In this document: positions 30,802 to 39,375 of the stretch, one piece after another
How positions within the stretch are numbered: the first letter of the stretch is position 1
How the letters are laid out: every line of letters starts with the position of its first letter
Assembly (NCBI GenBank): GCA_900319575.1
Contig: ONPA01000192.1
Span: 9,539 to 73,538, forward strand
Length of the DNA: 64,000 nucleotides
From: an uncultured Desulfovibrio sp.
GTDB lineage: Bacteria > Desulfobacterota > Desulfovibrionia > Desulfovibrionales > Desulfovibrionaceae
Direction: 5' to 3'
The notes under the pieces: generated by a model
Database searches by the model: none
Told to the model about the DNA's origin: nothing
The model's input: the letters and a program-made list of their open reading frames with translations, nothing else
Program-made: the position numbers and the translations under genes

Positions 30802-31255
30802 CAGGACGTTTTCCACAAGTCCGGAATCGTCCGCCCGCCTCCACACCTTTTATGGATAAATCCGTCGTGTGGTATGATAGTTCAGCTCCCTGCCTAAACA
30901 GCCACGCGAAACCAAAAATATTTGACGCTGTTCTGGTTTAACCATGCGCCCGGCCTTTTTCTCCGGGAATTCTTCTCTGTCAGAAGACTCTTATGTTCTC
31001 CCCCCGTGCAGCGGGGATGGTGCGGCTCAGGACTCAGAAGTTTGCTGCCCTCTGGATTCGATACCCGGGATAAACATTCCTCTCTGCCTCGACGGCCCCT
31101 TGGAACGAGGAATGTTCTGGCTGTGCACAGGAGGTGATTCTGCCATGAAGAGTCTCAGTGTGAGTTGACACGGTTATGCGGGAAGACTACTAAAATAGCG
31201 TATTTGTCTTTTCAGACATGAAATTAACTTCTTTCTTTTCATAAGGGTGGCTGCC

Positions 31256-31360
31256 ATGTCAGGCGTCCGTATGTGACCTGCAATCAAGACCTTGCGTGCT
31301 GAGGTCTCGTATATCCGCACGGACGCAGGAAGACCGCCCGCCCCGTTTCCCATCATGTAG
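31256..31360 (+). promoter_or_regulatory. Candidate leader uORF with in-frame UGA and downstream SECIS-like hairpin
   Basis: ATG TCA GGC GTC CGT ATG TGA(31274-31276) ... ATG TAG; hairpin AGACCTTG-CGTGC-TGAGGTCT starts 10 nt after the UGA; directly upstream of yedE. Confidence 0.4.
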
Positions 31361-31420
31361 GAAACACGGTTCAGTCTCTCCGGGTGTCCGGGCAAAACCA
31401 CAACCGTACCAGGAGAGAGT

Positions 31421-32506
31421 ATGTCCAAAAATTTCTTTGCCACTACGCCGGGCATTATTGTCGTCGGCGCGGTGATCGGCGCACTGGCCATCTGCCTGCA
31501 GCAGCTCGGCAACCCCGGCAACATGGGTATCTGCATTGCCTGCTTTGAGCGCGACACAGCCGGAGGACTCGGCCTGCACCGCGCCGCTGTGGTTCAGTAT
31601 CTGCGGCCCGAGATCATGGGCCTTGTCCTGGGAGCTCTGGTGGCTTCCTTTGCCGCCGGTGAATTCAAGCCCCGCGGCGGTTCCGCCCCTCTGGTCCGCT
31701 TCGTTCTCGGCATCGTGGCGGCCATGGGCGCGCTGGTCTTTCTCGGCTGCCCCTGGCGCACCATCCTGCGCCTTGCCGGCGGCGACGGCAACGCCCTCTT
31801 CGGCTTTGCCGGTCTTCTTGTCGGCATTTTCTGCGGCACGCTTTTCTTCCGTCAGGGCTACTCCCTTGGCAGAAATACAGGACAGAGCCGTCTGGCCGGT
31901 CTTGTTTTCCCCCTGCTGGTGCTCGGCCTGCTCGCCTTCTATTTCTTCTTCCCGCAGGTTGAAGGGCAGCCCCAGAGCGGTCCCATCTTCTACTCCCTCA
32001 AGGGCCCCGGTTCCAAGCACGCTCCCTTCCTGGCCTCTTTCGGCCTCGCTCTGATCATCGGCATCCTGGCGCAGCGCAGCCGTTTCTGCACCATGGGCGC
32101 CTTCCGTGACCTTTTCCTGTTCCGTTACACCCACCTCTTCCTCGGCGTGACAGCCATGTTCTCCACCACGCTCATCGGCAATCTGATCTTCGGCGGTTTC
32201 CACCCTGGCTTCGAGGGACAGCCCATCGCGCACACTGACAGCCTCTGGAATTTCGGCGGCATGGTGACAGCCGGTCTCGCCTTCGCTCTGGCGGGCGGCT
32301 GCCCCGGACGCCAGCTCTTTCTGGCCGGCGAAGGTGACAGCGACGCCGGCATCTTTGCCCTCGGCATGCTGGTCGGCGCTGCCATGGCACATAACCTCGG
32401 TACAGCCAGCTCCGGCACGGGCATCGGCATGTACGGCGCTCACGCCACAATCATCGGTTTTGTCATCTGTCTGATCATCGGTTTCGCTCATATCAAGAGA
32501 GCGTAA
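31421..32506 (+). CDS. yedE: YedE-family putative selenium-metabolism/transport membrane protein
   Basis: GNPGNMGICIACFERD, FLGCPWR, QRSRFCTMG, LAGGCPGRQL. Confidence 0.88.
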   Translation: MSKNFFATTPGIIVVGAVIGALAICLQQLGNPGNMGICIACFERDTAGGLGLHRAAVVQYLRPEIMGLVLGALVASFAAGEFKPRGGSAPLVRFVLGIVAAMGALVFLGCPWRTILRLAGGDGNALFGFAGLLVGIFCGTLFFRQGYSLGRNTGQSRLAGLVFPLLVLGLLAFYFFFPQVEGQPQSGPIFYSLKGPGSKHAPFLASFGLALIIGILAQRSRFCTMGAFRDLFLFRYTHLFLGVTAMFSTTLIGNLIFGGFHPGFEGQPIAHTDSLWNFGGMVTAGLAFALAGGCPGRQLFLAGEGDSDAGIFALGMLVGAAMAHNLGTASSGTGIGMYGAHATIIGFVICLIIGFAHIKRA

Positions 32507-32518
32507 GGAGATATAACA

Positions 32519-32728
32519 ATGCGTACTGTCGATGCCCGCGGTCTTTCCTGCCCGCAGCCGGTCGTCATGTTTCATATGGCACTCAAGGAAGAAAACGGTC
32601 CCTTTGACGTGCTGGTAGACAACGCCGTGAGTGTGGAGAACGTCACCCGGGCCGCCACCAAGAAAGGTTTTCAGGTAACGGCCAAAACCGAGGATGACGG
32701 CTCAACGCGACTGGAACTGCGCAAGTGA
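32519..32728 (+). CDS. TusA/YedF-like sulfur or selenium carrier
   Basis: VDARGLSCPQPV signature, 69 aa. Confidence 0.88.
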   Translation: MRTVDARGLSCPQPVVMFHMALKEENGPFDVLVDNAVSVENVTRAATKKGFQVTAKTEDDGSTRLELRK

Positions 32729-33285
32729 ACCGTTTCCTGAACAGGCTTGCGGCCCTTTTCAGTGGCCGCAGGCCATCCTCCACACCTCCGCATGGCAGCG
32801 GTTTTCTGGTCTTTCAGCATACAGGTGATGTCATTCTGGCTGAACGCAGGCTCAGGGAAGCCGGATTCGCCACAGAGATCAAGGGACCGCCGCCGGAACT
32901 GCGCACCGGCTGCGACATGGTCATCGTCATCGACCTCATGCAGGAGCCGCGCGTCCGCAGGCTGCTGGAGGAACAGGGCCCCGCGCCGCTGCGTCTCGTC
33001 CCTGTGAGCGACCCCCTGCTGGAGCCGGTCTCACTCTTTCAGGTAAAGGATTTCGGCCGGTGGTATATGGTGAGGGCGGCCAACATGAAAATTACCATCG
33101 ACCGGACGACAGGGGAAATCGTCAATGTATCCGGCGGGGGCTGCCCGGACGTGCCCTATCTCGCCGGACTGCTTGTGGGACAGAATGTGGCAAAGGCCGA
33201 GGCTCCCCGCCTGCACGGCCAGACTTTGTGCTCTTATGCCCTGCAGCGTGCTTTTGAGGAGGCCCGGCGTCTATGGCATGGCTGA
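32725..33285 (+). CDS. DUF3343-domain protein
   Basis: GPPPELRTGCD, RAANMKIT, SGGGCPDVPYL, TLC; GTG start overlaps the TusA-like gene stop. Confidence 0.75.
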   Translation: MNRFLNRLAALFSGRRPSSTPPHGSGFLVFQHTGDVILAERRLREAGFATEIKGPPPELRTGCDMVIVIDLMQEPRVRRLLEEQGPAPLRLVPVSDPLLEPVSLFQVKDFGRWYMVRAANMKITIDRTTGEIVNVSGGGCPDVPYLAGLLVGQNVAKAEAPRLHGQTLCSYALQRAFEEARRLWHG

Positions 33286-34172
33286 TTTGCGGCAGCGTCC
33301 CGCAGGAAAATTTCACTCTGGACGAAGGTCCCTGGAATCTTGATGACGGCATGCTTTTTCCGGTGGGGCGCAGCGGAGATCTCCTTCCCGTCCGCCGGGG
33401 CACACCGGCGCTTGTTGCGTCTGCCATCCTGACCTGCTCAGCTCTCGGGGAGGGAACGGTGGAAGCACTGCTCTGCGGGGATACTGGCAACGGGAAGGGC
33501 AGCAGGGACCTTTATGCCCGCCTGGCTGCCGAACTGCCAGACCGGAAAGATACGCAGGGGCTCACCTTCCATTACCTGATGCCCGACGTGGACGGGCACA
33601 ACCGCGTTTTTATGGCCTGTCAGGAATGCGGACACAGGCCTGTGCTGGTGGCTGACGCGGGATTCATGTACGCAGCCAAGATGAGCGGTTACGCAGCTGA
33701 CTATGACCTCTTCACCCCGGATGCCGGGGAACTGGCCTTTCTGGCCGATGAAAAGGCACCTCATCCCTTTTACGCCCGCGGCTTTCTGCTGGACAGTCAT
33801 GACAACGTGCCCGGGCTCCTGGCCCGCGCCTCTGAACACCAGAACGCAGCCCGTTTCATGATCATCAAGGGAGCGCACGATGCTATCTCCGAAGGCGGCC
33901 GCATCATCCACTGGGTGGACGAGCCCCAGACTCCGGCCATGGAGGCCATTGGCGGCACGGGCGATATGGTGACCGGAATCGTAACCGGCCTTCTTGCCGG
34001 GGGCATGGATCTTCCCCAGGCAGCCCTTACGGCAGCCAGGGCTGCCCGCTATGCCGGCAGTCTCGCAGCCCCCACGCCCGCCACACAGATAGCAGAAATT
34101 CTTCCGTTTGTGCCGCAGGCGCTCCGGAAGGCCCTGGCTCAGAATGGCAGCGGGGAGAACGGACAGAAATAA
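33273..34172 (+). CDS. Ribokinase-fold carbohydrate kinase / YjeF-C-like protein of the Se operon
   Basis: LVADAG, FTPDAGELAFLADEKAPHP, IKG, IGGTGD anion-hole motif. Confidence 0.78.
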   Translation: MAWLICGSVPQENFTLDEGPWNLDDGMLFPVGRSGDLLPVRRGTPALVASAILTCSALGEGTVEALLCGDTGNGKGSRDLYARLAAELPDRKDTQGLTFHYLMPDVDGHNRVFMACQECGHRPVLVADAGFMYAAKMSGYAADYDLFTPDAGELAFLADEKAPHPFYARGFLLDSHDNVPGLLARASEHQNAARFMIIKGAHDAISEGGRIIHWVDEPQTPAMEAIGGTGDMVTGIVTGLLAGGMDLPQAALTAARAARYAGSLAAPTPATQIAEILPFVPQALRKALAQNGSGENGQK

Positions 34173-34361
34173 ACAGCTGGCTGCCCTGTCTGTCCAACCA
34201 AAGGCGCCGCGCCTGTACCCCTGGGCGTTTCCTCCGCACTGTTTTTCATTGGGCCTGAGGTTACGCTCCACGACGAAACCCCGCTGAGCACAGTCCTCTG
34301 GCAGACGTTTTTCCTCCGGGAAACGGTTTTCCCGGCAACCCCGCACCGATCCCCAGATACA

Positions 34362-34400
34362 GAAATCCCCTGCCAGACATTTGCCTGGCAGGGGATTTTA
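34362..34400. terminator. Terminator hairpin between the Se operon and the repeat-protein gene
   Basis: AAATCCCCTGCCAG/CTGGCAGGGGATTT inverted repeat. Confidence 0.7.
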
Positions 34401-34401
34401 T

Positions 34402-34447
34402 CATCCCGCCCAGAAGACTCCCGCCTCTATAGGCGGGGGTAATTGTC
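34402..34447. mobile_element. Miniature palindromic element, copy 2
   Basis: CATCCCGCCCAGAAGACTCCCGCCTCTATAGGCGGGGGTAATTGTC, preceded by TTTAT. Confidence 0.6.
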
Positions 34448-34468
34448 TGTCATTCAGTCAGAAGAACA

Positions 34469-34858
34469 CTATCTGGGTGCCTTTTTATCGCGGGGAGGCT
34501 CCTTCTTGTCCATGCCGGGCCTGGGAGCCTTCCTGTCACCGTGGCCGAAGCGGCCGTCGCGCGGAGGTTTATTCTTGTCCATGCCGGGTCTGGGGCCCTT
34601 CCTGTCACCGTGGCCAAAACTGCCATCGCGCGGAGGCTCCCTCTTCTCCATACCGGGCCTCGGGGCCTTTCCGTCTCCGGCACCCAAATGGCTGTCACGC
34701 GGGGGCTGTCCCACGTGTCCGGAGGCAGGAGGCACAGGCCTGTTCTGTTTCATGGCCGGGGCGCCTTCAGGAGCGGCGGACGCATCCACGGGCTCCATGG
34801 CAAGAGAAAAGAGCAGTGCAAAGGCACTGACTGCGAGAAGAGAAAAAATTTTCTTCAT
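34469..34858 (-). CDS. Secreted low-complexity protein with 23-aa tandem repeats
   Basis: Signal peptide MKKIFSLLAVSAFALLFSL...ASA; three PPRD...GD.K.PRPGM.K repeats; GGAG upstream of the start. Confidence 0.75.
   Translation of the reverse strand: MKKIFSLLAVSAFALLFSLAMEPVDASAAPEGAPAMKQNRPVPPASGHVGQPPRDSHLGAGDGKAPRPGMEKREPPRDGSFGHGDRKGPRPGMDKNKPPRDGRFGHGDRKAPRPGMDKKEPPRDKKAPR
34487..34707 (-). repeat. 69-bp tandem repeat (about 3.2 copies) inside the secreted protein gene
   Basis: Units PPRDSHLGAGDGKAPRPGMEKRE / PPRDGSFGHGDRKGPRPGMDKNK / PPRDGRFGHGDRKAPRPGMDKKE / PPRD. Confidence 0.85.
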
Positions 34859-34932
34859 ATGATTATCTCCCTGCTGATTCAGGCTTCAGCAAAAGCCTTT
34901 GGCAGAAAAAATTCCGGCCTTCTGTCAGGCGG

Positions 34933-35235
34933 TTAGCGGGCAGACTCCTCGCGGGGCGCGTGGGACTGTCCTTTCTCTTCCATGCCGGTTCCAGGAGCCT
35001 TCCTGTTCCCGGCGGAACCATGAGCCTTTTCGGAACGGGAAGACTGGGGCTCTCTGCCGGCTGCCGCCGGCGCAGCATGGTTCTGCTTCACATTCCGGAC
35101 ACTCTGGTGGGCCGGCTGGTTCTGCCTCGTGGCCGGGGCGCCCTGGGGCGCGGCGGAAGAGACGGAGGGCTGGCAGACCAGGGAAAAAGCCATCGCAAAA
35201 ACGACGGCAAAAACAGAGGAAAGGATTTTCTTCAC
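34933..35235 (-). CDS. Secreted low-complexity protein, paralog of the 34469-34858 gene
   Basis: GTG start at 35235 with AGGAG upstream; (M)KKILSSVFAVVFAMAFSL...SAAPQGAPATRQNQP aligns by eye with the neighbour's N-terminus. Confidence 0.7.
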   Translation of the reverse strand: MKKILSSVFAVVFAMAFSLVCQPSVSSAAPQGAPATRQNQPAHQSVRNVKQNHAAPAAAGREPQSSRSEKAHGSAGNRKAPGTGMEEKGQSHAPREESAR

Positions 35236-35502
35236 TTTTGTCTCCTGCGGATCCGGTTCCCTGGGGGAGTCCGGATCACGAAATGGATGCCGAGTGCTTT
35301 GAGCCAAAAATCCGGTTTCGTCAACGGAATTTTTTCCGTGCTGCGCCTTTTTTTCCGCCATGGGAGAACACCAAATAACATCCTAAATATACACGTTTTT
35401 TTAATTCCACCACACTCTCTGAAAAAAAGAAAGGGAGGCACTTTCAGTGCCCCCCTTGGATTCCCCGCGGCGGCCCAGCGCCGCGTAAAATTTTCCTTTT
35501 CC

Positions 35503-36507
35503 TCAGCAGATGCGGGGCAGAAGAGCCCCCTCAAGCATGCCGAGAAACCGTTCGCCGCCGATGCGGGTTTTCAGGACAACACGGCCTGCCCTGTCGTCCG
35601 TAACTGTGCCCACCCGTGCGGCTTCCCTGCCGCAGGGAAATGTTTTCATGACCTCAAGGGCTTTTTCCGCGTAAGCTTCAGGCAGAATGCAGATACACTT
35701 GCCTTCGTTTGCGAGATACAGGGGATCTATGCCCAGGAATGAACAGCCGCCAGCCACGTTCTCATGAACAGGAATGTCCTCATCGTTGAGAAGAATGGAT
35801 ACCGCTGACTGCTGGGCGATTTCGTTGAGCGTGGTGGCAAGGCCGCCGCGGGTGGGATCCCTGAAGACATGGACTTCCGGAACGGCATTCAGCACTGCCT
35901 CGACGAGGCGGTTAAGCGGCGCCGAGTCAGACTGCACTCCGCTCACAAACGAGAGTTTGTCCCTGAGAGCCATGACGGTGAGCCCGTGATCTCCCATGGC
36001 CCCGCTCACGAGCACCGCATCGCCGGGTTTTGCGCTGTGGCCCGATGGGGCCGGCTGGCGGATAATGGTACCAATGCCTGCCGTGTTGATGAAGATTTTG
36101 TCGCAGGCACCCCTGGGCACAACCTTTGTATCTCCGGTCACGATGGCAACGCCGGCATTGCGTGCGGCCCCGCCCATGTCGGAAACAACGCGCTCAAGCA
36201 CGTCGAGATCGAGCCCTTCTTCAAGCACGAAGGCGCAGGTGAGATATTTCGGAGAGGCGCCGAGCATAGAGACATCATTCACGGTTCCATGCACGGCGAG
36301 CGTGCCTATGCTTCCGCCAGGGAAGAAAAGCGGCGTCACTGTATAGGTGTCCGTGGACATGGCGACGGGGCCGTCTATATTCAGAAGGGCCGCGTCGTCC
36401 ATGACGTTAAGGATATCATTGGAAAAATGACGGGCAAACAGGTCACTGATCAGGCGCTGTGAGGCCCTGCCGCCGCTGCCAGCGTCAAGAAGGAGGGTTT
36501 TCTGCAT
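35503..36507 (-). CDS. hypE: Hydrogenase maturation protein HypE
   Basis: GSGG, FFPGGSIG, GDTKVV, RDPTRGG, LANEG, C-terminal PRIC. Confidence 0.96.
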   Translation of the reverse strand: MQKTLLLDAGSGGRASQRLISDLFARHFSNDILNVMDDAALLNIDGPVAMSTDTYTVTPLFFPGGSIGTLAVHGTVNDVSMLGASPKYLTCAFVLEEGLDLDVLERVVSDMGGAARNAGVAIVTGDTKVVPRGACDKIFINTAGIGTIIRQPAPSGHSAKPGDAVLVSGAMGDHGLTVMALRDKLSFVSGVQSDSAPLNRLVEAVLNAVPEVHVFRDPTRGGLATTLNEIAQQSAVSILLNDEDIPVHENVAGGCSFLGIDPLYLANEGKCICILPEAYAEKALEVMKTFPCGREAARVGTVTDDRAGRVVLKTRIGGERFLGMLEGALLPRIC

Positions 36508-36614
36508 AACTGCAACATCTCCGGGAGGTTATCAGGGGCAGTCAGGACAAAACCGGCATTCTGGTTCCGTGCCGGCCTGTTTCAGGCTGTCTCCGCTTTC
36601 GGTAAGAACTGCCG

Positions 36615-37352
36615 CTATTCTATCCAGATGAGGCTGCCCTGTCTGCCGCAGGCGTGACTCGCCCGATAGGAAAAAAGCAGCTGCGTGTTCGTTCGTGTGC
36701 AGAGGTCGATGCCGTAGATGTTCCTGCGGGGCATGCCGGCTGCCATGAGCTGATCGCGGGTCATGGCCCAGAGATCAACCGTGCTCGTCGCGAAGTCAAA
36801 ATATTTTTTGAAAAACCAGCCCCATTCCGAGGCGAAATGCGTGAACTCGGCCCTCGCTGGCCCCAGGCTCGGTCCGCGCACAGCGGAGCAGTCCTGCGGC
36901 TTTATGCCATAATGCTCACAGAAGCGGGTGAGTCCGGTATAGGGGAACAAAAGACGGTCTCCCCTCCAGCCCACATGCAGGGCGGCCACGTAACGGCCGG
37001 ACCTGTGGGCGATAAGCACGGGCTGACAGTCAGCCGTCTTGATGAGCAGGGCGAGCCCCTTCTGCTGCGTGGCCATGCCATCAGCATCCACCTGGGGCGT
37101 GCCTTCCGGAGAAACGGCGTCAGGTTCGTAAATAATGTCGTCCCTGTGCACCTGATGCAGCTCGGCCCAGCGTTCAACGCCGCAGGCGCCGAGCAGATCC
37201 CGGCGGTGCCGCGCCACGGCGTCAGCGTCCTCGCCGACCGTAAAAGAAATGTTGCCGCCGCTGACATCGGTTCCGGCGTCGGTGCGGAGCTGAAAGGCGC
37301 AGCCCACGCCATCAATGCCGGGGAAGCGGAATGGAAGTATTTTCACTGACAT
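36615..37352 (-). CDS. pgeF: YfiH/PgeF (polyphenol-oxidase/laccase-domain) family protein
   Basis: QVH, TADCQPV, HVGWRG, GPSLG, CT...FSYR. Confidence 0.85.
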   Translation of the reverse strand: MSVKILPFRFPGIDGVGCAFQLRTDAGTDVSGGNISFTVGEDADAVARHRRDLLGACGVERWAELHQVHRDDIIYEPDAVSPEGTPQVDADGMATQQKGLALLIKTADCQPVLIAHRSGRYVAALHVGWRGDRLLFPYTGLTRFCEHYGIKPQDCSAVRGPSLGPARAEFTHFASEWGWFFKKYFDFATSTVDLWAMTRDQLMAAGMPRRNIYGIDLCTRTNTQLLFSYRASHACGRQGSLIWIE

Positions 37353-37393
37353 AAATATCCTCAAAAGTTAGATCAGGCGGGCGGTCATGGATC

Positions 37394-37990
37394 TCAGTCC
37401 TGCTCCGTGGCAGAAAAGCGCGTTTCCGTGCAGACGTGTGTCATGCGCACGTCCCAGGGTGCCGCAGGGACCTGCCCGACGGTCTGAAAATCATAACACA
37501 GTCCCACAAGAGCGCACGCACTCCCAGTCCTGCCGGCAAAAAAGCGGTCGTAATACCCGCCGCCAAAGCCAAGTCTGCGTCCGCGCCAGTCAAAGGCCAG
37601 GCCCGGCACAACGGCAAAATCCGGATGGAAGTCCGCCCCGCCGACCCCCTTCAGGGAAGGTTTTGGCTCCATGATGCCGTAGGCGCCGGAAACAAGATCC
37701 TCCGGTCCGGAGACCCTGACAAAAAACATCGCTCCACGCCTGCCGGGAACAACGCGGGGCAGATAGAGCTCCTTTCTCCGGGCTATGGCGTCCCGGAAAA
37801 GAAGATCTGTCCCGATCTCCCCCTGTATCGGCATATAGAGGGCCACGGTGCGGGCCTTCTGCCAGAGGGAGGAGAACAGGATGAGGGCCTGCGCCCCGGC
37901 GGATCGCTCGAGAGCAGCCTCCCGTGGCTGATCGTGCCGCAGCTGGCGCATCTTTCTGCGGAGAGCGGCCTTGTCCAGGCTCACTGCCAT
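37394..37990 (-). CDS. 5-formyltetrahydrofolate cyclo-ligase
   Basis: DKAALR, GAYGIMEP, VPGLAFD...RLGFGGGYYDR, WDVRM; start ATG 37990. Confidence 0.92.
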   Translation of the reverse strand: MAVSLDKAALRRKMRQLRHDQPREAALERSAGAQALILFSSLWQKARTVALYMPIQGEIGTDLLFRDAIARRKELYLPRVVPGRRGAMFFVRVSGPEDLVSGAYGIMEPKPSLKGVGGADFHPDFAVVPGLAFDWRGRRLGFGGGYYDRFFAGRTGSACALVGLCYDFQTVGQVPAAPWDVRMTHVCTETRFSATEQD

Positions 37991-38001
37991 GCGTTTTTCC
38001 T

Positions 38002-39375
38002 CTAATGGCTGAACTTGTCGATGTAGCCTATCACGAGCAGGATAACAATGACCGGGGGCAGAATCCAGCGCAGATAGAAGCGCAGGGCGGGATGGAGCTT
38101 CAGGCCGACGCCCTGATTGGCCTCGTTGTAGAAACCGTTCCAGCCCCAGCCGCAGCGGAGCGTGCAGAACAGGGTGAACAGCAGGGCACCGAGGGGCAGA
38201 AGGTTGTTGCTGACGAGGAAATCCTCGAGATCGAGAACGGAAGATCCCTTTCCGAAAGGTTCGAACGAGGAGAGAACGTTGAAGCCGAGAGCACAGGGCA
38301 GAGAGGCAATCCACAGACAGATACCGTTCACAACAGTCGCCGTGCGGCGGCGCATGCCAAAGGTATCCATGCAGTAGCAGATCATGTTCTCAACAACGGC
38401 AATGACGGTGGTCATGGCCGCGCATCCCATGAAAATGAAGAACAGGGCGCCCCAGAAGCGTCCGCCGCTCATGGAGGCAAAGATATTGGGCAGGGTCACG
38501 AAAATCAGCGTGGGACCGGCTGCGGGCTCGACGCCGAACGTGAAGCAGGCAGGAAAAATGATAAAACCGGAAAGCAGCGCCACCATAAAGTCCATGCCGG
38601 TAATCAGGCAGACCTCGCCGGGCAGAGACCGGTTTTTGCCAATGTAACTGCCGAAGACGCACATGGCGCCAATGCCGATGGAGAGCGTGAAGAACGCCTG
38701 GTTGAGAGCCGCGCTGCAGATGGGCAGGAAGCCGTATTTCTGTACTTTGCTGAGGTCGGGCTTAAGATAGAAGGAAAGCCCTTCTCCAACGCCGGGGAGG
38801 GTAAAGGAGTGCACGACAAGGATAAGCAGGATGGCGAAGAGGCCGATCATCAGGAACTTCACAAAACGCTCAACGCCGTTCTGCAGGCCGAGGAAGCAGA
38901 CAAGGGCGCCAATGGCCACCGTGATGGTCATGCCCGTTATCTGAAGCCCCGTATTCTGGGTCATGGCCCCAAAGAACTGTCCCACCGCGGCCGGCGCCAT
39001 GCCCACGAATGTCCCCTTCACCATGTACACGCAGTAAATGAGCATCCACCCGGTGATGGTCGTATAGAACATGAGGAGCAGATAGCTTCCCGCAAGAGCA
39101 ATCCAGCCGAATTTGTGCCAGTATGTGCCCTTCGGCTCAAGGACCTTCAGGGCGAGCCCCATATTGCGCCTTGAAGCGCGTCCAACAGCGAACTCACACA
39201 GCATGACGGGCATAACCATGAGCTGGCAGACAATAAAGATGAGCAGGAAGCAGGCACCGCCATATGCTCCCGTAATGAAAGGAAAACGCCATACATTGCC
39301 GAGGCCGATAGCGCACCCGGCGGAAATCAGCAGAAAGCCAAGGCGGCTCCCCAGCATTTCTCTGTTTTCAGCCAT
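38002..39375 (-). CDS. Sodium-dependent transporter (NSS/SNF family)
   Basis: AGCAIGLGNVWRFP, QAFFTLSIG, GPTLIFVTLP. Confidence 0.93.
   Translation of the reverse strand: MAENREMLGSRLGFLLISAGCAIGLGNVWRFPFITGAYGGACFLLIFIVCQLMVMPVMLCEFAVGRASRRNMGLALKVLEPKGTYWHKFGWIALAGSYLLLMFYTTITGWMLIYCVYMVKGTFVGMAPAAVGQFFGAMTQNTGLQITGMTITVAIGALVCFLGLQNGVERFVKFLMIGLFAILLILVVHSFTLPGVGEGLSFYLKPDLSKVQKYGFLPICSAALNQAFFTLSIGIGAMCVFGSYIGKNRSLPGEVCLITGMDFMVALLSGFIIFPACFTFGVEPAAGPTLIFVTLPNIFASMSGGRFWGALFFIFMGCAAMTTVIAVVENMICYCMDTFGMRRRTATVVNGICLWIASLPCALGFNVLSSFEPFGKGSSVLDLEDFLVSNNLLPLGALLFTLFCTLRCGWGWNGFYNEANQGVGLKLHPALRFYLRWILPPVIVILLVIGYIDKFSH

Noticed and set aside
30809-30860. DnaA-box-like 9-mers (TTTTCCACA and reverse TTATCCATA)
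   Set aside because: Only two boxes, no adjacent unwinding element and no dnaA/dnaN context; insufficient for oriC.
31012-31070. tRNA-Sec or fluoride-riboswitch resemblance (GGGGATGGTG..., GGATTCGAT)
   Set aside because: No TCA anticodon arm or acceptor stem, and the fluoride pseudoknot pairing is missing.
34487-34707. Repeat array as CRISPR
   Set aside because: Contiguous in-frame 69-bp coding repeats without unique spacers; no cas genes in the window.
37990-38002. 6S RNA expected upstream of the 5-formyl-THF cyclo-ligase gene
   Set aside because: Only an 11-nt gap to the upstream transporter gene, so there is no room.
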